From the NCBI GenBank assembly GCA_010405405.1, contig MU004246.1, positions 124,001 to 188,000 on the forward strand: a stretch of DNA of 64,000 nucleotides. Reading direction: 5' to 3'. The notes under the pieces are model-generated. The model saw nothing but the letters and a program-made list of their open reading frames with translations, did not search any database and was not told the origin of the DNA. This document shows, one piece after another, positions 13,501 to 24,314 of this stretch. This DNA comes from Microthyrium microscopicum (Eukaryota). Position 1 is the stretch's first letter, and the number at the start of each line of letters is the position of its first letter. Position numbers and translations under genes: made by a program.

Positions 13501-14408
13501 TGCTGATCTTCCATATCGCGAGTCAAAACTTGGTCATAAAGTCGGCGAGACTTGGTCGTCGATCTCTCGAGTGGTGGGCTTGTGGTTGCAAATGATGGGG
13601 AATTGAGAGCAGGAGGAGAGGTAGTTGTCGATGTGGGTAAAGCACCGACCTGTGAGGCTATAGACGTAGCAGCTGTAGATGTGCGACCTATCGAAGGAGC
13701 AGATGTTGTTGATGTCGAGGCATGTCTATTGATACCATCATGCAGGCCAGGCGATTGAGGCTTTGACGGACTGTCTTCCTCAGCACCAGATCGAGCGCGT
13801 GGTTCATCCTCTTTTCTCAGACGCTCTCGCTCCCGCTCATCGTGGCGGAATCGTTGGAAGGTAGACATATGAACATCATCATCGTACAGAGCTCGGCCTC
13901 TCATGCCATTTGGACCCTCTAGCGAGCTCGTTGAGGCTGGACCAGCAGTGGGGATTTTGTACACCTTCTGACGTCCGCCAAAAAGAATGTTTCCTTCGCC
14001 AGGCCGGGCGCGGTTCATGACACCGCCATTTATGGAATTGTCGTCCGTATCATAACCTGTATCCGAGATATAAGAGCCAGCTCGGCCGTTCGACGCAAAT
14101 GGAGGTCTTATCGATCCACTAATTGAAGAGACCTCTGCAATATCATCGAGCATGCCGCCGCCAAAACCAAATTGGCCCATCATTCGTGATTGTCGTCGTG
14201 GAGCAAGAACACTGTCATCGCTCGCTTTGCCCATTAATGAGTTTGGATCATCTTGTTCTCTTAGCAAGCTGAAGCGTTTTGAAAACCCGTCCATCATAAG
14301 ACTTGTTCTGAAATTGTCTGAGGATGGAAGAGCTGATGTTAGGTCTACTTCGAACTTCGGTTCGGGCTGGACCTTCTTGGCCCGTCGTTTCGTGAAGTAG
14401 CGATTCAT
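10584..14408 (-). CDS. Large Ser/Pro/Arg-rich, largely disordered fungal protein (1274 aa), function unknown
   Basis: Single 3.8-kb ORF. N-terminal block LPSSDNFRTSLMM..KRFSLLREQDDP.S.MGKASDDSVL and C-terminal KRSIQKHQIGEP.LISTTS resemble a conserved Pezizomycotina hypothetical family. Confidence 0.9.
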   Translation of the reverse strand: MNRYFTKRRAKKVQPEPKFEVDLTSALPSSDNFRTSLMMDGFSKRFSLLREQDDPNSLMGKASDDSVLAPRRQSRMMGQFGFGGGMLDDIAEVSSISGSIRPPFASNGRAGSYISDTGYDTDDNSINGGVMNRARPGEGNILFGGRQKVYKIPTAGPASTSSLEGPNGMRGRALYDDDVHMSTFQRFRHDERERERLRKEDEPRARSGAEEDSPSKPQSPGLHDGINRHASTSTTSAPSIGRTSTAATSIASQVGALPTSTTTSPPALNSPSFATTSPPLERSTTKSRRLYDQVLTRDMEDQQTSAITRLNSIQKAKGRTSPPFSRTGSKQGGREPYRVPSSPTRMSPPATTQEYRPNFPLSDTPLPQPPAESQANLPRFGKNPLISAISPNDRGKATAMGAFNKPTQFSETQYLQRQMTLRRTQEQERNSRVGSGAPGTDSQPIQTQLDRPIVAATPLPEHIKQDEPKLSFDGSDSRSIYAQSSYSGRSRAGTNASATEAFSVFQKAANQMKASNANSHAVQPVQKDSPPQLAAIKQDASRTNFFFNSRDSSGSEYESQAPAFRLPPITPVQPSNASSGTAQSGHPAFRSRLNGASVSAKENMPMRQNPYGDKINETEEHQSRRPSQIDEAAASPNALGPANGGLSGLIHQHLRQHSASSSYYGDFDDVAPPVPQFPSKLALRTRDVSPPPMAKPTEAATPAESNYSHASNPFDLEGLKNSVDEVAAHYSPVSPVEENASNNQGESSPNARASRRRGYSRAADTTDDMPWNHEMPKMHGRAPSADTINEQDAFTSEIAKRRRDLQERLKARMDESPAPSPQPEDRFMPGPFRGLEMLRTKSSRESIKKGSEGTQANKPNKLFGLGASNGSFIQERPSFQSDRWRSEESSYAASIRSRSNSRPATSRSVAAKNYPVSNGFESGRSSDDYPPNARDRKGSNPPQVSAHNNSSRSRSNSQQSNGRSRSRNGRYKDDLEKAMVEGSSSRVTTQIYQDPPTIPEDSPPPMPPIDMAQRFAPDPTSNPLKIQTARSTPGNNSYFDAKPGLYPPPALHSPMSASSVTSSPRLPIPGSSALSPGMSPRPSPGFAPHNAMGRNSPAPFPNVSTPPLSGSSTPIAQTFSNSSAPSIASSSSRARSQSRKRSIQKHQIGEPRLISTTSVLDTVELSAAANLQHGMDDFQHGAPPVPPINPMRRKFGFNRGEEDVRDFSAPASYQQYGQSMHSGENGTPFKSRHRLRKSSSEGEKLGMRLRAQSQANASNPALRTARPVMEGGMF

Positions 14409-14582
14409 TGTGGAGGATATGCGTAAAAGTTATAAGTGGTGGTGGTAGCCAATAGGCTTCGGGGATTGGCTTGTAAGAAGTGCTTGAATTAGGATTGTAG
14501 TAGAGAGAGGCGTTGGTTTTCCATTAAAGCTGGAGATTGTTACGAAGTAGGTACGGCACACGGCTGTCCGCAACGCAGTCAA

Positions 14583-14736
14583 CTAGACAACGAAAAGAGT
14601 GTCAGCTTCGAAGGCACAGAAAGTCTGCCGGTTGGACCGTCAATCGCACAGCACAATGATGGAGCAGCAGCTAAGAGGCAGCCGAGTGCTTGGTAGTGGT
14701 CTGCTCAGGACAAAGTACAAAGAATTGATAACGTAC
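14583..14736 (-). other. Probable 5'-UTR intron of the 1274-aa gene
   Basis: Minus-strand donor GTACGT at 14736, branch GCTGAC at ~14606, pyrimidine tract, and TAG acceptor at 14583. A pyrimidine-rich leader lies upstream. Confidence 0.55.
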
Positions 14737-17700
14737 TCTTGGTAATGCTTGGCTTGGTTGAGTGAGAGAAAATGATCAAGCGCGGAGGTAGGGATTGAAG
14801 TTAGGAACTCGAGGTTGTAGCGAGGGAACTCGTGATATCAAAGAGTGGAAGTTGCGTGCCAGCACGCTGCGAAGAGGCAAGCGCGAAATGCGTGGAAAGG
14901 AAGGAGCGATGCCAAGAGTAGGGAAGGAGCGACCGAGTCTACATAATCCACAGGTTAGCTATTGGAGGTGTATAGACATTCCACCAAGTTCAATAATAGG
15001 TCAATTACATCTGCAATCGGGCCTATGCCACGTTTGCAAAGGAAATTTGACGCTTTTCAAGTCGCTTTACTCGCCCAATACATATTATTGTGACGAGGAT
15101 TTGACAAGGCACAATGCTGGTACAAGGGCAATTGGGATAACGCGGACTGGAATGCTGCGTACCTTGGAAGTGACCTCGTATTCTCTCCAGTAGTTGACGT
15201 GATATGGTCCGGTTCAAGAGAGTGTATGATGTTCCTAGGTCGAGAGCCTCAGCTATCTAAGTTGTCCGTACAGTACGCGGCCTGGTCCGTAGGTAGTATC
15301 TATATGTACCGAAGTATTAACGGGATAGAGTTGTAATAAGATCCACGATATCCGAGCTTCCGCAAATCCGTTTGGTACTTTGATAAACCGTGAAACAATG
15401 ATTTCGAACTATTAAGAGCGTGTATATGGAGTAGTCGATCGTAGGGTTTTTCGCTGAATCCTCAATGGAAGTGGTTTTTTGTTTGAGAGATTGCCTTTGG
15501 TAAGGTTTGGCCGTGAGTCGCAAGATGGGGGAGAGATCCTGGGAAAGAACGCGGTGGACAAGGGACGGAGAACGAGAACGATAATATCGCCAGCGGTCAG
15601 GCAAATTCTAAAGGTCAAGCCAAGGGTGGGAGAAACATGGGATCCAGGAGAATTGCAATGGAAACTTTGGGCGCATGGACTTCAAGCCTCGAATGACGGG
15701 AGGCTGAGAGCTTAAAGGGGGCGCGTGAAGACTGTCAACTAGCGACGGGGAGCATTGTGTTTGCCTCCGCGAAGCCGCCCTGAGAGGACATGGAATTCAG
15801 GAGGCATTAGGATTGGTAGTTGGTACTTTTCTTTATTACTATTACAACATTGGCTTTCCCTCCAAAAAACCACGCGCTTCCGCGACCCACCCATCGATAA
15901 TCCCCGAAAGCCAACCCCTTTAGCGAGCCAAAGCAAATTCTACGAAGGCCTAATTGCTATCAAAATGAGGGTTCCGGTCGGGCATTGTTGCCATCATTGA
16001 TTTGAACCCTTGGAAAGACAGTAGAAATAGTTGGGAGCCCCCTTTGTGATTGAGACTGGGCGGACGCTGTTTCATGCATGGGCGGCCAGTGGAATCATGG
16101 CCTTCGATGCGGGTTCTGGCAACCTCTGAGATTGGTGAGATTGGTGCTGTCAGGTACCAATTGTTAGCGTGCTGTAGTCTGAAGGATCTTGCTTTTTCTT
16201 GCCGCAGGGGCTCCCGACGCTTGCACCAATCTGGCATGGTTCACACGTTGTTGGAAGCTGATCTGGGGGGCACCACCAACCTGTCACCCATTGCTTCTGA
16301 TGGCCCCAAGTAACAGGTAAGGAACAAGTTGCAGCAATTACCCATTACACAGCATAAGATCACAAAGTGTATTACAACCTTCATCTATCGCGATGCGGCT
16401 CTGTTAAAGAACTAGATCGCCAATGTCAAAGTATGTAAGCGAGCATACCGGCTACGTTCTTCCAACTACCTGGCTCAATATCATAATCTGATATTGCGGT
16501 CGCCGCGAAATTATTATAGCTACCGCTGGCTCTCTGGCCGTCTCTTCCCTGTACGCATCACATCAATACATCTTTCGAATGGACGACACCTCACTAGTGG
16601 CAAGAACCTGTCACAATAGAACGATGGTAATATAACTTACTCTCGCCCAGGATGACGAGACTATTCAACCTTCCATTTCTGGTATTTGCGCAAGAAAATC
16701 CACTCTTAATTCATTTCTCTTGCGCTCAGCGTTCGCAAATAGGTACGATAGGGCATGAACGAAGGACTTTTCTTGGCCAGCCGACTCATCGGTCCACAAT
16801 GCAGTCTGCTTCAATCAGTTCTTTCTGCATAAAGAAGTCAGGAAGGTGCATTTGTGACCTTGTGTCAGACAATAGACAAGGCAAATAGGGGCAATTCATG
16901 CTGCAGGCAAGGGGGCTAATCACCCGAATGAGTTTGGAAATTGATGGCGCCCTCACAGTAAAATTGTAAATCAGGGGCACGACTGGGAGAGACAACTTCA
17001 CTAAGGATTAGCCACGCCATGCAGGTTCCGAGCTATTGGATGTGGTTCCGGTCCAATGAAAGATCAGCAAAAGAAATTCCCGATGGCGCCGCAGAAACCT
17101 AACTTTGTCATCAAGTATGATATCTCTCAAATTTCCCTTCGCTTTTACTCTACTATCAAAGGTCTGAAATCTTGCATCGAATGCTTAGTATCGTGGACAA
17201 TCATTGACCGCAACATACTATCACATGAATCTCTGCTTTCTGAAGAAGAGGAGGAGCTTACGCTTGTTTTTGTCCAGCGGTCGAAAGAGCCTCAACAAGC
17301 AGGAAACTGCACGCGCCAAAGTAACCTGCCTGGCGAGCCTGTCCCTGAATGCCTATACTCGTTTAATATTGGCGCCCTCGGGGACGATGGGATCCTTTAT
17401 CATTGGTTTTCGCTTAGATCTCAATTTTTCAAGCGAGCCAGATCAATTTTGTTTCCTCAAATGTTTCCTTCCTGCAAAACCAGGTAGTAGCCATAGAAAC
17501 ATATAACTGGCGACATCTTGAAAGCTGGAGTCATGTCACTAATAGCCCGATGTTGAAACTGTGGTGCATCATACACCCTTGACTCTCAATATTGTGGTAT
17601 GCTACTCTTCTAGAGTACCTTTTTTGAACAGATTCTAGAAAGGTCATAGAATCATGAGAACTTTACTAGATTGAATTTCTAAGCCTCTTATATCATTTCA

Positions 17701-19128
17701 CGTCATTTTCATGCCGACCTCATTTTACTTACGAGACCGCAGGCACTTCATTCATTACTGCAGCCTAGATATCCTTGATTCTTCATACTAGCATCTTCAG
17801 ATCACTCATAGAAGCCGATGCTTTGGCGCAATATGTATTTAAACTTCTATTACATTTTAACCTTTCCTATCCGACCTCCAGTGATAGAACACCTCCCAAA
17901 AGTATGATACAAATTCCAGGAACTCAACGGCAGCTCGCATCATCTGAAATCTGTACACGCGAGCACCAAACTCTAACACGCACCTTAATGCTGATCCAGG
18001 ATATTTACGTAGTACTACTCTCGCTTATAGTTGGAATGAGCACACAATGTTGTGCAGATTGACCGAATTTGAACGCATCAAACTCGACCGGGACCTGGAA
18101 TTGTGATCACCAGCAGAAACAAAAATCCCATGTCGTGATATCCGATGATGACAACCAACCTCGATCGTACCAAGCTGTACCAAGCTTGTGACTAACAAAA
18201 GTAGACGTTTTTTGCTCAACGGTCTTCTAGGCTATCGAACTAACTTGAAATAATCAAGTTCTCAAGCCAAACTCCACAAAGATCCACGCTTTAGAAATCC
18301 AGGTTGGTGGCCCCCAAGGCTGTGCGGGTGGGTTGGACGCGGTGGACCGTGAACAGTTCGCGACATAACCACAATTTTCGCGACGAACTCGCAAATGATA
18401 CAAATTCCTGCTTGAGCATAAAGACGCATACAACCCCAGATCAATTACTGCATAAGTGTGATTGCTGTACAGAATGCACGCAGTCTGCAGACCCCCTCTT
18501 CCATTCCCAACACAAAAATCCTGTAGCAAACGCGTTGCGATATCAAGATGAAGTTGGATTTAAACCTCAACAGTGGCGCACAACTAGAACCCATCTTGCC
18601 CGTCAAGTACAGCGCTATGTCCACGCCCACTACGCAAAACTCTTCTAGATCCAAAACGCGTAAATACTTGTCTCCGCCACAATAGCGCGCGAACTTTTGC
18701 ACGCGTTTGTAAACATCTCTGCGTTCGGTTGATTTCAATGGCTTTCCTAGAATCCCAGCGAGTCAGTTCTTCATGGACGGATCAGCGGCAGAGCGGGCAG
18801 ATGAAATGAATGGAGATCGCCGAGGAATTCATGGAAATCGCATCATCGTGCTACCCCATCCGAGCTGAAACATGTATGGCCGCTGTCGTGGGAGTAGTGG
18901 TGCTTGGACAGTAGCACAAATGTAACTGGCCAATTGAGGAAATTGAGTGGAGGACAAGATTATATGAGCATTTCGAGAACAAAAGAAGAGATGTAGCTAA
19001 GATTTGCTTAAGCATTTGACGCCGTACCTATGGATTTGAGACACACACAAACTCTATTCACGTTGCTAAACCAACAACATGCGTTTGTACTCCATACACG
19101 CACACGGTAATACATTGTAGTAGTACAT

Positions 19129-20954
19129 TTACAATTCATCCTTGCCTGCAGCCTGGCTCGCCCCTCTTGATCCCTCGGGTGTGCAGGCTGCTGGACTACC
19201 AGCTTCCATGCGATAAATGCACTTTTCCTCCTCCACGACCTTCCAGACTTCGTTGATCTCATAGCAGACTAAGATGACGGTGGTGCTTCGAGCAGGGCCG
19301 TTCCAGCAGGTAGCGCCATTCTCATACCTGAGTGCAATGCGTTCGCCGGAGCCGAGGCCTTTGCCATCTGCTGGCTCGCCCTCATCGACATTGACGAATT
19401 CAATGCGGTCAAAGTAGCCCATGGCGGTATCCATGCCGCCTTTGTTGGGCTTTTGGGTGGTTTTGTCCATGAAGCAGTGCTCGTAGGTGTATTCGCCAGA
19501 CTCAACATTTACGCATTCGCCTTTGAGGGCGCGGAAGACGTCGTCGGGGCCGTAGTTTTTGGTGAGATCGGATTCATTGTTGGTCAAGTCGGATTGATGG
19601 CCGTCACGCTCGCTCTTCACGGAGTCGAGATGGGTTCGGGTGTCCTGGACTGCTTTGGATTCGCCAGCGGCATCGTTGTCTACAGCTGGGAGGATTCCGT
19701 TGTCGACTAGGAATACTCGGACATCGGCGTATTTTTGACGAAGCCAGTCTCGTGCAGATGGAGGCAAGTAGGACTCAATTAGGTAGACTGTCCGGGTTAG
19801 TATAGAGCTAGCTACCATCTTGGATCACTTACGAGAGTCTGTATCGCGATCAGCCGTCTCATAGTCATCCCACGTAAGGCCATGTTCACTATCATCTTGA
19901 ACAAGATCTTCCATCTCCTTCTGGGCAACATGATCATCAGCTGGGTGGCGACCTCTAGCTTCATATTCTTCCCAAGCACGAACAGCTCGCTTGACACCTT
20001 CATCATTGAAGTTGGGATTGTACTCCGTCTTAAAAGCCTCGAGTATACCCTCCAGCTCCTTGACTCTGAACTCCGCAGAAGCCTTTTCCTGCATGAGCTT
20101 CAAAACACCAGCTCTCAGATCTTCTGTTCTCTTCTTAGCCAAAGAAACCAATACACCCAGTCTACCACCAGTCTTGGGTGCTGTAATAGCCCGCAGCTTT
20201 TCTCGCTTTTCGGTCTCGACAAGATTGTTTTCCGCCTCTTGTATTTTGATCTCATCTGCTTGAACCATACTCTTCAAGTTCGATATCTTCTCTTCAACCT
20301 CCAGCTTTAACCGCGCCGCTGTAGCAACCAGATCTCTGCGTTTTTGCATTGCAACATTCAGCGTCTTTTGTTTCTGCTCTTCTGCCTTTTTCCACATTGT
20401 ACCAATCTCCTTGCACTTGTCCTCGCATTTGACAATCCCTTCGCTCTCATCACTGCCATCGCAGCAGTTGTCATAATCGCAGATGCCATCGTTGACATAT
20501 GTGAACGGTATATACGCCGGTCGATGGCCCTTGTTCTTGCAGTAGAAACCAGGTAGGGCGGCAGTGTTATTTAACGTAGAATCGGAGATGGCAGCGGATG
20601 GAGGCGAGAGGGCAGAGATATGTGAGCACGCGGAAGTGCCTGGTTCATCGGAACCATCTGGGCAGTCGCAAAAGTCATCGTTGATTTGCGAAGCTTCGAG
20701 CGTTATAGAAGGGTTGAAGATGCAGGCGAAACTCGAGGCATCCTTGTAGTATTTGGCATCTAGCAGATCTAGTTAGCAACGAGCAGCCAAGTAGTACAGC
20801 TCATAGCATTGTGAGTGGTTTTATTTGAATGGATGCAATTTCTCGGGGGTAGCTTACACTCCGGACTAACACCTCGAGGACGTGGAAGGTCAGCGGCGAA
20901 GGAGGTGGAAAGGGTGCTGGCAAAGGCGAATGTTATAACAGCTTTTGTCCGCAT
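19129..20954 (-). CDS. GTB1: Glucosidase II beta subunit (PRKCSH-like); exons 20954-20858, 20759-19833, 19787-19129
   Basis: Signal peptide, PRGVSPE, INDDFCDCPDGSDEPGTSAC, a coiled-coil middle, an MRH domain (GEYTYEHCF...YENGATCWNGPARST..EEKCIY) and a C-terminal KDEL. Canonical introns. Confidence 0.95.
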
Positions 20955-21355
20955 TTTGCGAGCACCATTGGTGAAAGAGAATGTGGTGGGATGGAGAAGT
21001 CCTTGTTGTTATCGACAGATGTCCAAATGCCCTGGTGGCAGTTTCAAGAGGCGGCTCTTGATGCTGCAAGCTGGTGTTTGGAAGGCCAAAGCTTGTTGTC
21101 TGCTGATTGGTCAATCAATGTCAACTATAAGGCTGAGTGTGTGATATCTTGAGTATTATGCCAGATTTTGGTACATCTACTAATTAGATTGTTCTATTCT
21201 TTTTGAAAGCATATCCTGGAATTGCTGGAGTGTGCTTCCCTGATTTGCGGCTATTTATCATTTGCAAGTAACCTACAAATAGACACCTCCATTTTGAACA
21301 CAGTCATTAGAGCATTTATGCTTGCAATTTGAGACACAATAAATCGCATATTCTC

Positions 21356-22297
21356 TCACTGCATCATCACGCCACCTCCACTTGCACTTATGACAGATCC
21401 TGTAATCCACCGAGCATCATGGCCACACAGCATACCAACCACATCAGCCACATCTTCTGGCTGACCCATTCGAGGCATTGACTGCATAGGGATGAACTCA
21501 TTCTTGAAAGTTTCGATCATTTCTGGTGGGCATTGCAAAATCGAACCTGTTTCTGTCAAACCCACCGCCACAGCATTTGCCGTGGTGCCAGCCATGAAAG
21601 CGTACTAAGAAGCACCATTAGCTTCGACACATACATCTTGGTGTGAAGAAGCACATACCGTGTCATATTTGCCTCCAAAGGCGTCTGCCCACGATCTGCA
21701 AAGTGATTCTCCCGCCGATTTGCCCGCTGAGTACATCAATTGGTCGAACCATGGTTTCCGAGATCGAATTGAGGAAATGTAGATGATTCTGCTCTCGGGA
21801 TTGAAGCACTTTTGGCGGACAAGCTTTTCGATAATCAAAACTGGTGTTTGGACATTTCCGACCAAGCTCTTTTGTATTTCGTCGACGGTTAGTTCTCCCA
21901 CTACACCAGGATTGGCATCAGTGGCATTGTGCACAACAATGTCTACCTTAGGAGTGCATCTTCCCGTACCGCGGGCTTGTCTAAGTCGATGCCGATCACT
22001 ATGACACAGAGCGTTATAGATGGTAGTTGCACATCGAGAATCATGAATGTCAGCAACGATTCCTGTAATTTCGGAATTGTAGCTGCGTCCATTTATGCTG
22101 TATAATTGCTCCACCTGATTTTCTAGCTCGGTGAAGTGATGAAGACTGGCATCATTCGAACAGGTTCCGAGAATTGAGCAGCCTCTGGATGCAAGATTAA
22201 CAGCAATTGCTCGACCTATCCCCCGACTAGCGCCTGTAATGACTGCGACTTTGTCCTTGAGATCTTGCGGGCGAAGGCGAACGGATTCAGAAGTCAT
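21356..22297 (-). CDS. Short-chain dehydrogenase/reductase (intron 21605-21658)
   Basis: TGASRGIG Rossmann motif, ISS serine, catalytic YSAGK, and C-terminal RMGQPEDVADVV..WITG.VISASGG. Confidence 0.92.
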
Positions 22298-23250
22298 ATT
22301 GTCGTGGAGTTCGAGAGTTTGATGAAAGGCTGGAAAGCGAGGCTAGTGGGGGGTGAAAAGAACACACACTTTTGATAGCGGGAGACGAGACTGGTGATGT
22401 AGATTTAGTCTGAGAAGATGTTGAGAGCTTCCAGTGACTCATTTGTTAAGATCAAACAATTGAACAAACCAAGTCGGGGCAATAGACTCCCCGCAGTGAC
22501 AAGCAGTTGTGCATCGTAACTTCCAAATCCTTGCACACGTGCAGCTATCTAACTCGTCCTTCCATTGCAAGCACTGCAAAAGAATGCCGCTTCCTATTTC
22601 AACTTCGGACATTAAAGAAAACAGGCCAGCCAAGTGCCATCGCTATGCTATGCCAATTCCGTACCGAGCGCACTTAACAAACATGGTCGTCTGTGAAGCT
22701 ATAGATCAAGATACACAGTTTGAATTCAAGATAGCTTGCTCTCATCACTCGACACAGCGCGTATCGTACAGAGGACTATTTCCGAGCAGTAACAAGCTGG
22801 TTTCAATCAAATACAAAGCCGCAATCACTTCCAAGACAATGAATATGCCTTCCGTAATTCTTGCTTGGTCGTTGTTTGACAATAGAAAATCAACTCTGAA
22901 GGCAATCCAAGCGTTAGGGGACTAACTAGCGACAATTGATGAAATCTATGAGACCCTGCACATCACCGGAATTGTTGGTAAATAGAGGACAACTACCAGG
23001 TAGCTTGAGATTTCTTTTCAATGGAGCCTGCAGGCTGCGAAAAGTGTTATAGCCTTATAGGTGATGTGATAGTTCAGGGAACGTTTTTGAATTCGAACAG
23101 CAAGCTCACATATATCGACGCCAGAGATTGCGCCCAGTGTATCCTGACAATAAATGTTCGTTTCCAAGTATGATATTATAGTAGTCTGACTAGAGGCTTC
23201 TCAGTATTCAAACACAAGCAGTGTAAAGTCTTTTGAACCGTACGTTAAAA

Positions 23251-24018
23251 TTACTCGTCATCTTCATCTTCATCTTCATCCTCTCCAACTTCAACCTCGT
23301 CTTCATCATCTTCAGCTGCGACGGCGGGCTTGGCGACTTTCTTCTCCTTGACTACAGGTACTGCGTTCTCGTCATTTTCTTCCTCGTCGTCTTCTTCAAC
23401 ATCATCGTCCTCGGCGTCATCATCTTCTGCATCTTCATCGCCTTCGTCATCGGCAGGAGCGGTCTTTCTGCGTTTGGCTTTTGGAGCTAGACCAATGAGT
23501 CAATGGTAGAACATAGTTGGATGGTTGTGAGGCTTACCAGGGGCAGCTTTGCCATCTGCCTCATCGGGCTCCTCATCGTCGGTAGCTTCCTCTTCGCCAC
23601 TATAGTCTTCCTCATCGTCCTCTGAGTTATACCTGTTTCAACTTTGTAAGCTACGGACGTAGAGCAGAGTAGAGGCCAAGGACGAGCAAGATCTCAAGGT
23701 CGCAGTTGATTCATCAGGACAAGAGATTGTTCACAACATTATACCAACTACAAATGACAACACAAGCAAGTACAGAGTCTATGCGCCGAATGCGCCAGAC
23801 AATCAATTTCAAGATGGAAGTAAATACAAACACAAGTTTTACAATCGCAAACATAGACACAATACACAGCAAGAGGGCGGATGATATTTCACACCCGAGT
23901 GACGTCAAGCAAACGAAGGCAGTTTGTACTATACTTACTCCTCTTCGTCCTCAGAGTTCTCTGGCAGAGACTGTAGCTCCTCTTCTTCCTCCTCGTTCTT
24001 CCTCTTGCGTGTAGACAT
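23251..24018 (-). CDS. Small highly acidic protein with basic NLS-like patches (exons 24018-23939, 23632-23538, 23486-23251)
   Basis: Spliced product MSTRKRKNEEEEEELQSLPENSEDEEEYNSEDDEEDY...APKAKRRKTAP...EDEDEDDE*. GTAAGT/GTAAGC donors keep the frame. A histone-chaperone/prothymosin-like role is inferred from composition only. Confidence 0.85.
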
Positions 24019-24314
24019 AATGATAACGAAGCGATCAACGGGCAATTGAGTTATATGAGTGTGTATTGGTGGTGAGAATGGTAGGAGAAGGAGAGAAGGG
24101 GAAGAAAGGGAGGCTGGGCGAGCGAGGGGAGCAAGAGGAGTTGAAATGTTGGGGACGAGGGAGCTCCAGCTTTCCAGCCGCAAGTTTCCCAGACCCAACA
24201 CACCGGTCATCCATCCAAGCTTCCCATTGCTCCATCCATCATTGTTACTCTGGAGGGTCGGCAGCTGAAAACTTGATAATTAATAAACGCTATCCGACAG
24301 CCAAAAGAGGTAAG

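Noticed and set aside
14795..17506. Short ORFs in the long intergenic region (e.g. 17056-17487)
   Set aside because: No motifs, clear splice structure or coding-like composition. Small genes cannot be excluded.
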